DNA from: an uncultured Verrucomicrobiae bacterium
GTDB lineage: Bacteria; Verrucomicrobiota; Verrucomicrobiia; Chthoniobacterales; UBA10450
Length of the DNA: 64,000 bases
Direction: 5' to 3'
NCBI GenBank assembly: GCA_963772365.1
Contig: CAVYXA010000004.1
Span: forward strand, 64,001 to 128,000
Each line of letters starts with the position of its first letter. The stretch's first letter is position 1. A model generated the notes under the pieces. The model had not been told where the DNA came from and did no database searches. It saw nothing but the letters and a program-made list of their open reading frames with translations. A program made the position numbers and the translations under genes. This document shows positions 39,377-48,839 of the stretch, one piece after another.

Positions 39377-40450
39377 TCAGTGTGCGGTTTCTTTCAGCAG
39401 CTGTGTCAGCCGATCTTTCCACAACGCCGCGATGGTGTGGCTGCCATGACCATGCGTTTTATCGCTGAATGGAATTACAACGGCCCGCCCGTGCGGAACG
39501 CGTTTGATTTCGTGTTCGAGAATTCCAAGCTCTGGCGGATTTATTAAATCATCGGCCGAATTGACCGCCAGCAGGGGCGCCTGGATTTTGTCGAGGTTCG
39601 GGCCCGGATCGTAATCGTGGGAAGCTTCAACTGCGTAAAGCACGTCGGTCGCGTCGTCGATCTTGATAATTTTTTCGACAAACTCGTCGAGCACCGCATC
39701 CGTTTTCGCCAGAGTCGGCGCTTCTTTTTGACGAAGGACCGGGTTGCTGCTCATGAACCAAAGCATCTCGGCAGCGGTGCGCAGGCTTGGCGGTTCCCTT
39801 TTGTAATCGCCGTTATTCCAAGCCGGATCGTTTCGAATGGCGTCAATAACGATCCGGCGCCACGCCCGGTTTCGTCCGGAAATTTGGGTCGGCAGGCTGG
39901 CCAGCGGCAAGAGTGCATCCATGAACTCGGGATGAATTTCTCCCCACAGCCACGTGTGCATTCCGCCCATCGACGTTCCCATGATGAGACGTGCATGGTT
40001 CACTCCTAATCCGTCCGTCAACAATCGATACTGCGCTTCGACCATGTCGATGTAGCCATAGCGCGGGAACTTGGCGTGCAATCCATCGCTCGGTTTGCTC
40101 GATTTGCCGTGGCCGATTCCATCCGGGACCACGATAAAGTACTTGGTCGCATCGAGCGGCTGATCTTTCCCGAAGAGTTCGCCGGCAAACTCGGGTCGAA
40201 TGAATTGCGCACCACTGCCGGTCGTGCCGTGCAGGATCAAGACGGCGTTCGTCGTTTGGCCTGCCGCATTCTTTTCCGGTTTGCCAACAGTTCGGTAATG
40301 AATCCTCAGTTCCGGCAGCGTTTCGCCGGAGGTAAATTTGAAATCGCGAACGATGTAATCCCCTTCGGTCGGGGTCGGGTAATTTGATGCGCGCGATATT
40401 TCGACACCGATAAACAAGAGCAACGCAAGCAGCCGTACCATCGACATCAT
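39377..40450 (-). CDS. Exported alpha/beta hydrolase (MetX-like fold)
   Basis: Signal peptide; FTSGETLPEL, LHGT, GTSMGGM, SADDLINPP, GHGSH. Confidence 0.85.
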   Translation of the reverse strand: MMSMVRLLALLLFIGVEISRASNYPTPTEGDYIVRDFKFTSGETLPELRIHYRTVGKPEKNAAGQTTNAVLILHGTTGSGAQFIRPEFAGELFGKDQPLDATKYFIVVPDGIGHGKSSKPSDGLHAKFPRYGYIDMVEAQYRLLTDGLGVNHARLIMGTSMGGMHTWLWGEIHPEFMDALLPLASLPTQISGRNRAWRRIVIDAIRNDPAWNNGDYKREPPSLRTAAEMLWFMSSNPVLRQKEAPTLAKTDAVLDEFVEKIIKIDDATDVLYAVEASHDYDPGPNLDKIQAPLLAVNSADDLINPPELGILEHEIKRVPHGRAVVIPFSDKTHGHGSHTIAALWKDRLTQLLKETAH

Positions 40451-41011
40451 TCGGGAATGAGACGATAAGATGCGCCCACTGGCAAGCCGAGTTGCGATCA
40501 AGAGTTATGCCAGGAAAAAAGACAATGCATCGCCGCCGCAGTTTGCGCCCGCAATCGCCGCCCTCGCGCCGGGAAGAAAATATTCAGGTGGGTGGGACCA
40601 AGGTCGGCATGAGAAGCGGAGGCAAGAAATCGGACGAAACCCGGGCGAAACGACGTTCGGCTGGTGTGCGCTGATGATCGGCATAACCGCGGGATGAAAT
40701 AAGACACGAACGCGCAGACGTGAGTGACCAGGGCGACACTTTGCCTAACCGCCCATTGTATGATTTCTCGTGCAAGCAGCGGGCGTGACAGCCGGCCGAG
40801 GGGGGCTTGGGTCTCTAAGCGCGCAGCGTGACGGCAGAGGACTCGTTAGGGAATTAGGGAGCGAGTGTTGCGTTGGCGCGTCGCGTGCCGGGTCTTCTTT
40901 GCCCAAGACGGTGGCCGCGATGCCGTTTCGTTTGATGCAGCGCATCTGCCGCTCGAATCTCTCTTCTCCCAGCGCTCAGGCGTGATCGCCGCCTTGGGCG
41001 ATGACGCCGGC

Positions 41012-41323
41012 TTACGCGTCGATGTGAATAACCTTCTCATCGGCGAGCCGTTTCAGAAAAGGGAGTTCGGAAGAGGCGGCCCAGATGTCCAGCGGGCCAT
41101 CGTGAAAACCGAACAGCTCGTTTCCGCCCTTCTTGAGGCGAAAATCCTGCGTCGCTTTAATCTTGGCGTTTGTGCACCAGGTATCGGTGAGATGCGGAAA
41201 GTCTGCAGAAAGATAATTCCGACCGTCGATTGTTGCGACGGAGTCACCGCCCGTATCCTTGAACAACCGACGAAAAAATTCCGAATAGCGGGTCGTTCTA
41301 ACTGTGAGTAATCGGTTCTTCAT
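41012..41323 (-). CDS. Putative immunity protein of the Rhs toxin (103 aa)
   Basis: Its ATG overlaps the rhs stop (TAATG). Small ORF in the position typical of an immunity gene. Confidence 0.7.
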   Translation of the reverse strand: MKNRLLTVRTTRYSEFFRRLFKDTGGDSVATIDGRNYLSADFPHLTDTWCTNAKIKATQDFRLKKGGNELFGFHDGPLDIWAASSELPFLKRLADEKVIHIDA

Positions 41324-44300
41324 TAACCCCCGCCACCCCGCCATGTACCGATAACGGCGCGCAAGTTTCTCAAAAAATTGCCGCTCTGTTGGGGCAAATG
41401 GTGGGTTCCGAGACCGTTTCCCCAATCCAAATGGAAGTGCGTTCCCTCTTGCCATTCTCCGGCATTTTTCCAGCGGCCGTATTCAAATCCTCGGAATCTC
41501 GCAAGCTTTAACCCTGCGGCGGTGACCAGAGCCTCCTGCGATACCGTCCCCAAATACTTGCTGATAGCGGTATCTTTGGCACACGGGTCGTAACGATCTG
41601 AAAACGGATCGGCGAACGGAATCAAACCATCTAAACCGGCATAGGCACCTTGTTCAAAATCTGCGGCCCGGTAGTTATCCCATCCCCCGTTGAATCCTTC
41701 GTAATCGCCCACGCCCCACGTCGCTGGATTAGTCAGATACCAAAGACCGAGAGGATCTGTCAGGTTGACGGGATCGTTCCCGACGTAGCCGTACAGATTC
41801 ACGCCTCCATCCTCCCCGATTGGATCGCGGCTTAGCCATCTTGCAGCCACAGCATCGTACTCACGCGTGAGGCTGAAATTCAGACTGCTTCCACTGTGAA
41901 GATAAAATCCTGTAAAGCCGAAATCGGCGTCCTGACCGCCGCTTACCTTGGTTCGGTTACCGTAGGGATCGTAATCGTAACGCGCCTTGATTGCCCCGGT
42001 GCTATTTGTCATCTCCCGGATACTGCCGAGGTGATCACGCAGGTAATAGAAAAGCGTGTTGCCGCTGACAGTCTGCACCCCCTGGGCGTAATAGCGCTTA
42101 ACCACCGCATTGCTATTGTTGCGCTGCTCAGCGACTGTTACCCCCTCCCACACGAATTTCTTTGTGCTGTTGACCGTGTTCCCTGTCTTCTCCACGATCT
42201 TGACACGTCGGCTTAAGCCATCGTAGGTAAATTCGCTTCGATTCGTGGTCCCGGTGTAATTGATTGCCACCAGTCGACTGGCTGCGTCCCATTCGTAGGT
42301 CTTCGTTGCGTCATCAGTCAGATTGCCGTTTAGATCATACGAGAACGTCCGGTTCGAGCCGGAAGAAGCCGTGACCTGATAGTTGTTCGTCTTGACATTC
42401 CCATTCGTATCGGTCGCAACTACGGAGACCGTGTTGTTCCCCGGAACGACATCCACCACTCCGTCGAAATTTCCTGCCCCGTCCACCGTGGCCGCGTTTC
42501 CGCCTACTGTCACGGTCGAGGGTTCATTCACCGTCCCTCTAAAATGCAGCTTGCCTCCTCCGTTCTGGCTCGTCAGTTGATTGAGCTCGTTATAGTTCGA
42601 GGTCGTGATTGTGCTCCGCTCCTGGTTGGTATAGCGGTTGCCAGCCGCGTCGTAATCGTAGTCGTACTGCTTGAGCACTGCCCCGCTTTGCACTTTCTTT
42701 TGCAGCGCACTGCTCAATTGATCAGCCGAATCATATCTGAGAGTGTACGTGCTCGCCGTATTGGCAGCTCCCTGTCTTACCGTCCAACTCGTGATATCGC
42801 CCGCTGCATTGTAGAGATAATCGAACTGCGAAATAATGGCTGCGGAAGGGTTAAGGTTCTTGATCTGTTTCAGGCGCTGATCGCCCAGATTGTCGAAGTA
42901 AGCATACTGAATCTTCTGGCCACCAGGGATATCCTCATGATCAAGTCGGCTGGTCGTGTTCACGTAACTGTAATTAAATGTGCCCAAGACATTGGTCACG
43001 CTCTGCACACGGCCCAATGAGTCATACACCATCGAAGCAGCATTCGCCGCACCATTGATCGAGCGGCCAATCGCCCGGCCCAGCTCATCATACGAGTAGG
43101 TAATGGTGTCGTTGTTGAGCGAGCCATCAACGCTCGCCAGGCGAGCCGAACCGAGCGCGGGCGGCACTGGTACCGGATTGTAACCGTAGCTCGTCAAGCC
43201 GGTACCGTCGTTCATGCTCGCCACCCGGTTGTAAACCGGATCGCAGGTGTACGTGACGCTTGGCGTGGCGATCTGCGCGTTCGTGTAACTGATCTGTTGG
43301 AGGTTGTTGTCGAGGAAATAGCCGTAATTGGTCGTTTGCCCTTTGGCATCAGTCATCGATTTGAGCCGGCTGGTTGTGTCCTCGTATGTGTAATGGGTCG
43401 AGTTTTGGTCGGCATAAATCTTTTCCGTGACTCTGCCCTGAACGTCCCGCACCCAATTGGTCGTGTTGTGGTTTGGATCGGTGATGCCATCCAGGCTGCC
43501 GCAGTTGCACCAATTGTACACCGTGATCCGGTAAAGCGGATCTTGCATCACGATCAGGCGGCGAAGGGCATCATGCCAGTTGTGGCTCCAGCGCCCCAGC
43601 CGGTCCCGGGTCCATTCCGGATCAAGGCGGTCGTAGGTGGTTTCCTCGTAAGTGCCGTCGGGATAGGTGACCTTCGCGATCCGGTCCATTGTCTTCGTGG
43701 GGTCACCGCCAATCGCGTCGTAGTCAATCGTGACCGCGTATCCTTCCGAATCGGTTGCCGTGCGCAGCCGGCCAAAACCGTCGTAAGCAAATGAAGTAAT
43801 CGCACCCGCCACAGGCCCCGTGATGCTCTGGAGATAGCCACTGTTGTCGTAGGCGTAGGTCGTGACTTCGTTTTTTGCGTTTGTAATCGTGTGAATCTGG
43901 CCGTTTGCATAGTAGTCGTAAATCGTGGTCTGGCCCGAAGCGTCCGTCGCGGTGAGGGGCTCGTGTTGTGCGTTGTAGGTATAAGCAGCGACCTTGTCGG
44001 CCGCTTGCCCTTCTGGATCAAGACTGGCTCCGGCCGGGTTCCGTTGATACACGGTGAGCAGGTCGATTCCGTTGGCGTCGTAAGCGTAGCTGGTAACCCG
44101 ACCCAGCGGGTCGGTCACCTTGGTTGTTTTGCCGAAGCCATTGTATTCGTATTGATAAAGCTGGGTAGTGCCGTCATCCATGACACGCGCAACCTTGGAA
44201 GGTTTAAAGATCGTAACGTTCCCCGTCCCGGCGGGCCAGGTCTGCCCGGGATAATTGTTCCAGACCCGATCCTCGAACGGCATTTTGCTGCTTTCGGGGA

Positions 44301-46551
44301 CATCGGAAGCGACATTGATGTCTTCAGTGTGGAGCCAGTGGGTGATGCGCGCCTTGGTGTAGACTCCAGGCGCTTCCGCCATCGCTTTCTTGTCCCAATA
44401 GAAGGTGTCCCGATAATTAATGTATTGGTTGAAGGTGGCGATCTCGGGCGGAACCGTATTGCCTGATTCCGAGAACGGAATGGCTGAGACATTGTTATTA
44501 TATTCGACCCGTTCTTTGGCGCCCTGAGGATCGGTGACTTCAAGCCAGCGATAGCTCGAGCCGGATTCGCCCATGGCGAAGAGCGTATCACCGTATGGCG
44601 TCGTCATTTTGTTGATGAAATCGCCCGTATCGTAGGTGAATTCCGAAACGAGACCAATCGAGTCGGTAATCTTCCACAGTTGCCCGGCTTCGTTGTACTC
44701 CAGTGTGGCGACCCGGCCAAATGGATCGGTCACCTTGGTTACTTTTAGTGGGTCTCCGGTCAGCTCGTAGCTTAGAGTCGTCACCTGACCGATCGCGTCC
44801 GTGATTGCAACCAGGCGAAAGGTCCCATCGTAAGAATAGGCGAGCGCGTTCCCGTGAGGGTCGATTGACTGAGTCATAAACAGCTTGCGCGCCACCGGGG
44901 CGCCATCTGAGACCGCGAAAATCTGCCGAGAACCGTCAGGGAACCGCTTCTCGTATTGATCGGTTCCCAGCTTGACCAGGCTAACCTGGGTCTCGCGTTG
45001 CGGCGCATAGCTTTGAGTGCCGGAGTTAAATCCATTGTAGTGCAGCGTTCCGCCTCCCGGTCCGTAAGCAGTGGCGTCTGCGGCTTCATTGGCCGGATCG
45101 ATGACGATGTAGCTGATCCAATTGAAGCTCCACTTGTTCCCCAGATTGGAATAGGTTGGGGTTTGTACAGGCGCGACCTCGCGCTGCTGATAGGAAACGG
45201 CAAATTTTACTGCGGGTCCGACCGGCGGCGCATAGCTGACCGGTGTGTCGGTGATCGTGAGACTGACCCGGGCGGAGTCGACGTTGTAGTCTGCCATGCC
45301 ATCCGAGCCGCCACATTCTGGCTTAGGACATTTGACCGACGGAGCCACACACGGCGGAGGCGGCTCCGAATTACTGCCAGCGTTGCCCTTCCCCCAGACG
45401 TTCTTTCCTTCCGCTTCGCTGACCGGCTGCCAACCACTGGGCAGATCGCCCGCCGGTACAAGAAAGTAGCCCGACTGCTCCTCGTCGATCGTCTGCTGCG
45501 TGAGGAGCGTGTCGTCGCCAAACGTCGGATCCTGGGCGCGGAACCTTCCATCCTTTTCCTCGATTAAGGCGGCGTAATGGCCTACCCGCCAATTGATCAC
45601 CGAAGGAACGATTATCCTTGCTCCAAGTGAACGCTTTGCCATCTGATATCTCAAACCGAGTTTATCAGCCAGCTTTTTGACCTGAACCAATGACATCCCC
45701 CTATTAGTCGAGGCAGAGGCGAGAATCTCCTTTTGCCGATCGGGGCCGCCCAAATGCGAGGCGGCAAGAATCTGTTTCAACGCCATCGGACCACACCGAA
45801 AAGCGTCTTGCGGACGTGTCCTCATTAACGCTAACCCTTGTCGCGCCGTGGCGACTTTTTCCGTCGCCGCGCCTCGAACGTCGCGGTGATCAATCTCGCC
45901 AAACAGAGCCTCAAGGCGATCTGCTCGGCCCAGCCTGGCATTGAGCTGAGCGAGCTCACCCAAAACATAGTCAGCCAGCGCTCGCTGGCGTGGCTGGGTT
46001 GCCTTTGCGACCAGGGGCCACGCCTCTTCCCAAGCGTCCAGTGCTTTGGACCAGTGACCAGTCGCGCGCCAAATCGCTCCCAAATTGGCGAGCAATGCTG
46101 CTCGCCAAGGGGAAGCAGGGAACTGATTGAGGAAACTAGTAAATCCATCGGCCGCTTCAGGATTGTTCCGGGCAGCGAAATCTTTGATGATCGTTGCCAA
46201 CGCGAAATTTTCCGACGGTGAGGTCCTGCCGCCAACCGGGATCAATGGTTCCCGAAATACGCGTGCCGCTTCAAGCTCACCATCGGTGGGGCTGCTGGAA
46301 AAGTGCATTGCCGATCGCTGACTCATAGGCGGCAGCGTACGATTAGGCCTTGCTCCGCTCGTCGAAGCAAAAAACGTGGCTGCTTGTGCTCGTGGCTTCG
46401 GGGCCGACGAAGTTGTTGTCTCAGTGGTAGCCGCGATCAAAATCTGGACAGGCCAAACAGAGACCGCTTGTGATACTGCCACAAGGTATGAGGTGGCGCG
46501 AAGTCGCCAGTTCAATTGTGACATTCTCTTGGCTGACACCGCGCTTTTCAT
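41323..46551 (-). CDS. Rhs/YD-repeat polymorphic toxin: signal peptide, TPR, C39-peptidase-like domain, YD repeats with Ig-like insert, Rhs core, 139-aa C-terminal toxin
   Basis: YD repeats; core WLSRDPIGEDGGVNLYGYVGNDPVNLTDPLGL; CGPMAL..GMSL..WRVGHYAAL..QDPTFG. Confidence 0.92.
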   Translation of the reverse strand: MKSAVSAKRMSQLNWRLRATSYLVAVSQAVSVWPVQILIAATTETTTSSAPKPRAQAATFFASTSGARPNRTLPPMSQRSAMHFSSSPTDGELEAARVFREPLIPVGGRTSPSENFALATIIKDFAARNNPEAADGFTSFLNQFPASPWRAALLANLGAIWRATGHWSKALDAWEEAWPLVAKATQPRQRALADYVLGELAQLNARLGRADRLEALFGEIDHRDVRGAATEKVATARQGLALMRTRPQDAFRCGPMALKQILAASHLGGPDRQKEILASASTNRGMSLVQVKKLADKLGLRYQMAKRSLGARIIVPSVINWRVGHYAALIEEKDGRFRAQDPTFGDDTLLTQQTIDEEQSGYFLVPAGDLPSGWQPVSEAEGKNVWGKGNAGSNSEPPPPCVAPSVKCPKPECGGSDGMADYNVDSARVSLTITDTPVSYAPPVGPAVKFAVSYQQREVAPVQTPTYSNLGNKWSFNWISYIVIDPANEAADATAYGPGGGTLHYNGFNSGTQSYAPQRETQVSLVKLGTDQYEKRFPDGSRQIFAVSDGAPVARKLFMTQSIDPHGNALAYSYDGTFRLVAITDAIGQVTTLSYELTGDPLKVTKVTDPFGRVATLEYNEAGQLWKITDSIGLVSEFTYDTGDFINKMTTPYGDTLFAMGESGSSYRWLEVTDPQGAKERVEYNNNVSAIPFSESGNTVPPEIATFNQYINYRDTFYWDKKAMAEAPGVYTKARITHWLHTEDINVASDVPESSKMPFEDRVWNNYPGQTWPAGTGNVTIFKPSKVARVMDDGTTQLYQYEYNGFGKTTKVTDPLGRVTSYAYDANGIDLLTVYQRNPAGASLDPEGQAADKVAAYTYNAQHEPLTATDASGQTTIYDYYANGQIHTITNAKNEVTTYAYDNSGYLQSITGPVAGAITSFAYDGFGRLRTATDSEGYAVTIDYDAIGGDPTKTMDRIAKVTYPDGTYEETTYDRLDPEWTRDRLGRWSHNWHDALRRLIVMQDPLYRITVYNWCNCGSLDGITDPNHNTTNWVRDVQGRVTEKIYADQNSTHYTYEDTTSRLKSMTDAKGQTTNYGYFLDNNLQQISYTNAQIATPSVTYTCDPVYNRVASMNDGTGLTSYGYNPVPVPPALGSARLASVDGSLNNDTITYSYDELGRAIGRSINGAANAASMVYDSLGRVQSVTNVLGTFNYSYVNTTSRLDHEDIPGGQKIQYAYFDNLGDQRLKQIKNLNPSAAIISQFDYLYNAAGDITSWTVRQGAANTASTYTLRYDSADQLSSALQKKVQSGAVLKQYDYDYDAAGNRYTNQERSTITTSNYNELNQLTSQNGGGKLHFRGTVNEPSTVTVGGNAATVDGAGNFDGVVDVVPGNNTVSVVATDTNGNVKTNNYQVTASSGSNRTFSYDLNGNLTDDATKTYEWDAASRLVAINYTGTTNRSEFTYDGLSRRVKIVEKTGNTVNSTKKFVWEGVTVAEQRNNSNAVVKRYYAQGVQTVSGNTLFYYLRDHLGSIREMTNSTGAIKARYDYDPYGNRTKVSGGQDADFGFTGFYLHSGSSLNFSLTREYDAVAARWLSRDPIGEDGGVNLYGYVGNDPVNLTDPLGLWYLTNPATWGVGDYEGFNGGWDNYRAADFEQGAYAGLDGLIPFADPFSDRYDPCAKDTAISKYLGTVSQEALVTAAGLKLARFRGFEYGRWKNAGEWQEGTHFHLDWGNGLGTHHLPQQSGNFLRNLRAVIGTWRGGGG

Positions 46552-46554
46552 TCC

Positions 46555-48555
46555 TTAAGGTGAGAGAACCGCGTCAGCGGGTTCAGTTAGCACAATCGTG
46601 GGAGGGGTATGGTCGTTTGGATCGCCCGAGGGAAGCTGCGAACGCGTAGGATCGAGCGGGTAAGCGTCTTGTCCGTCGGGTACGCCATCGCCATCGGAAT
46701 CTGCAGCGAAGGGATTGGTGCCGATCGAGTACCCATAGGTATTCGTGAGACCATCACCGTCGACATCGTTGCTGAGCGGGTCAAAGCCCGCATAATACTC
46801 AGCGCCGTCTGGAACAAGATCTCCGTTCGTGTCCCAATTATAGGGGTCAGTGCCGATTGCTTGTTCTTGTCCGTTCGGAAGACCATCGTCGTCCTGGTCC
46901 AACGCCGGAAAAAGGTATTTCGAATCGAGCGCCCGTATAGCCCCGGCTCTCTCCGCAAAGTTCAAAACATGGTCGTAGACGATCACTTCGGCTATATCGC
47001 CGGCGAAGTTGTCAATGTAAGCTCGACCCAGGAGAGGATCAGAACGAAACGCCACTGTGTTAGTTGTTTCCCGATGTTCCTCTAATCCATCAAAGCGCGC
47101 CACCCATTCGTTCTCCTTCGCACTCACGTTGTAAATGTGATATTCGTCCCAGCTGTGGGGCGGATTGCCTAAGTTGTATTGCACCGTGCTGCCGAAGTCG
47201 TCATAGATGTTCCCGTCAAACCAACAAGGATAACACGCTCCGTAGGTACTGCCGCCAAACGACATCATGCGGTAGTGGCCGCCATCCTTCGCCCCTCGCA
47301 CCACCAGGAAGATCTCCCCCTCCGTTCCCCCGTTCATCAGATTCGGCAGACTTAGCCATTGGTTTCCTCCAAAATGCACAACCGGACGACCATTCAGCTC
47401 GTTCTCCACCAAGGCTGGCTGGTTTGCCCCTGTGTTCTGCACAGCGTGGTTCTCCAAGCCGGATTGATCCACCCAGTAGTCAATTGGATTGGTCGTCGCA
47501 TCGGCCTTTAACCACAAACGCATGTTATTCAATGGCATTCCAACACCGAACGGAGGAAGCGACGCAGTTGCTTCATTCGAGGGTAGCGATAGGCCCGCAA
47601 AATTACTGGCACTGACGCGATACGTATAAGTTTCACCCGCTTGCAGCGCAGCATCGATGTAGCTACGCCCTGGCACCCTTGCAATTTCGGTGAAAGCTCC
47701 AGCGCCTACTTTGCGCTCCACGATGAACTCAGTCGCATCGTTCACTGTAGGGTAATCCCAAATTACGCTCGTTTCATCAGCAGAGATGGCGTGAGCGCCA
47801 AGATTCGTCGGCGTCGTTGGATCTGCCACCAATGCATATTTGCTTCCCAGATATGTGTCCGTCGTTCGGCGCTCCGCAGAGCTCAAGACGCGGTCGTAGA
47901 CGATCACTTCGGCTATATCTCCGGCGAAGTTGTCAACGTAAGCTCGGCCCAGGAGAGGATCAGAACGAAATGCCACGGTGTTCGTTGCTTCTCTGTGTTC
48001 CTCCAATCCATCAAAGCGTGCCACCCATTCGTTCGCTTTCGCACTTACATTGTAGATGTGGTACTCGGGCCAGCTCTGGGGCGGATTGCCTAAATTGTAT
48101 TGCGCCGTGCTACCGAAGTCGTCATAGATGTTCCCGTCGAACCAACAAGGATAACATGCTCCGTAGGTACTAGTGCCAAAGTGCATCATGCGGTAGTGAC
48201 CGCCATCCTGCGCCCCTCGCACCACCATGAAAATCTCGCCTTCGCTTGCCGTGTTCATGAAGTTCGGCAACGTAAAATATTCGCCGCCGCTGAAATGGAC
48301 GATTGGCAATCCGTTTAGACCATTCTGAGTGAAAAATGGTTGCTGACCGCTGTTCGGTTGCGTCGCGTCTGAGGAGTTTCCAGATTGGTCCTGCCAAATG
48401 CTGATCCTTCCATTTGAATCATAAACAACGCCGAAGTCGGCCCGTAGCCAGAGTCTGAGTCCTTCAGTGACTGGCAAAGTTTGAGAGCCAGCCGTCGCCC
48501 TGAGTATCATTGCGAAGCTTAGAACCCGTATGATTCTTCGGCATTCAGTGCGCAC
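46555..48555 (-). CDS. Secreted LamG/ConA-like x2 + FN3 + TSP3-like Ca-binding repeat protein
   Basis: LRLWLxAD..W.DQSG..GDIAEVIVYD twice; PTTPTNL..YTYRVSASN; DQDDDGLPN/DTNGD/DVDGDG/DSDGDG repeats. Lies 3 nt upstream of rhs. Start uncertain. Confidence 0.8.
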   Translation of the reverse strand: MRTECRRIIRVLSFAMILRATAGSQTLPVTEGLRLWLRADFGVVYDSNGRISIWQDQSGNSSDATQPNSGQQPFFTQNGLNGLPIVHFSGGEYFTLPNFMNTASEGEIFMVVRGAQDGGHYRMMHFGTSTYGACYPCWFDGNIYDDFGSTAQYNLGNPPQSWPEYHIYNVSAKANEWVARFDGLEEHREATNTVAFRSDPLLGRAYVDNFAGDIAEVIVYDRVLSSAERRTTDTYLGSKYALVADPTTPTNLGAHAISADETSVIWDYPTVNDATEFIVERKVGAGAFTEIARVPGRSYIDAALQAGETYTYRVSASNFAGLSLPSNEATASLPPFGVGMPLNNMRLWLKADATTNPIDYWVDQSGLENHAVQNTGANQPALVENELNGRPVVHFGGNQWLSLPNLMNGGTEGEIFLVVRGAKDGGHYRMMSFGGSTYGACYPCWFDGNIYDDFGSTVQYNLGNPPHSWDEYHIYNVSAKENEWVARFDGLEEHRETTNTVAFRSDPLLGRAYIDNFAGDIAEVIVYDHVLNFAERAGAIRALDSKYLFPALDQDDDGLPNGQEQAIGTDPYNWDTNGDLVPDGAEYYAGFDPLSNDVDGDGLTNTYGYSIGTNPFAADSDGDGVPDGQDAYPLDPTRSQLPSGDPNDHTPPTIVLTEPADAVLSP
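46971..48237. repeat. Internal ~345-nt direct repeat (46971-47316 and 47892-48237)
   Basis: Offset 921 nt. Near-identical peptides such as STYGACYPCWFDGNIYDDFGST occur in both LamG-like domains. Confidence 0.92.
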
Positions 48556-48839
48556 AATGTGCGATGAATAGAAAATGAAGTTTTGATAGGCAAGACTTTT
48601 TTGTGTCACAAATTTTGAACCAGCGCGATCGGCCAATGCGAACGCTGCCCGCACGGCTCCGAACAGTTGCCCCGTGCAAACAGGGGTAAAGATCCAACTC
48701 TTTTCCGCCAACGCGAACGCGGTGAGACCGTGCCGGGAGTGTCCGCCTGCGCGCCCACGAGAGGTCGCGGGCTGTTATTCCACCTGATGATGTCGCTGCT
48801 ACGCGGCCAGAGCGGTCCGTAAATTGCCCGCTCAGCTTG

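Noticed and set aside
40630..40705. CTGATGA and GAAA motifs suggesting a hammerhead ribozyme
   Set aside because: The required stems II and III cannot be formed convincingly in any permutation.
40745..40945. ORF ending MGG* as the displaced 3' end of moaD, marking an island attachment site
   Set aside because: There is no meaningful direct repeat with the moaD end and no integrase; a single missing G explains moaD.
46971..48237. Near-identical repeat pair as a diversity-generating retroelement TR/VR
   Set aside because: Differences are not adenine-specific and are often silent, both copies lie in one CDS, and no reverse transcriptase is in the window.
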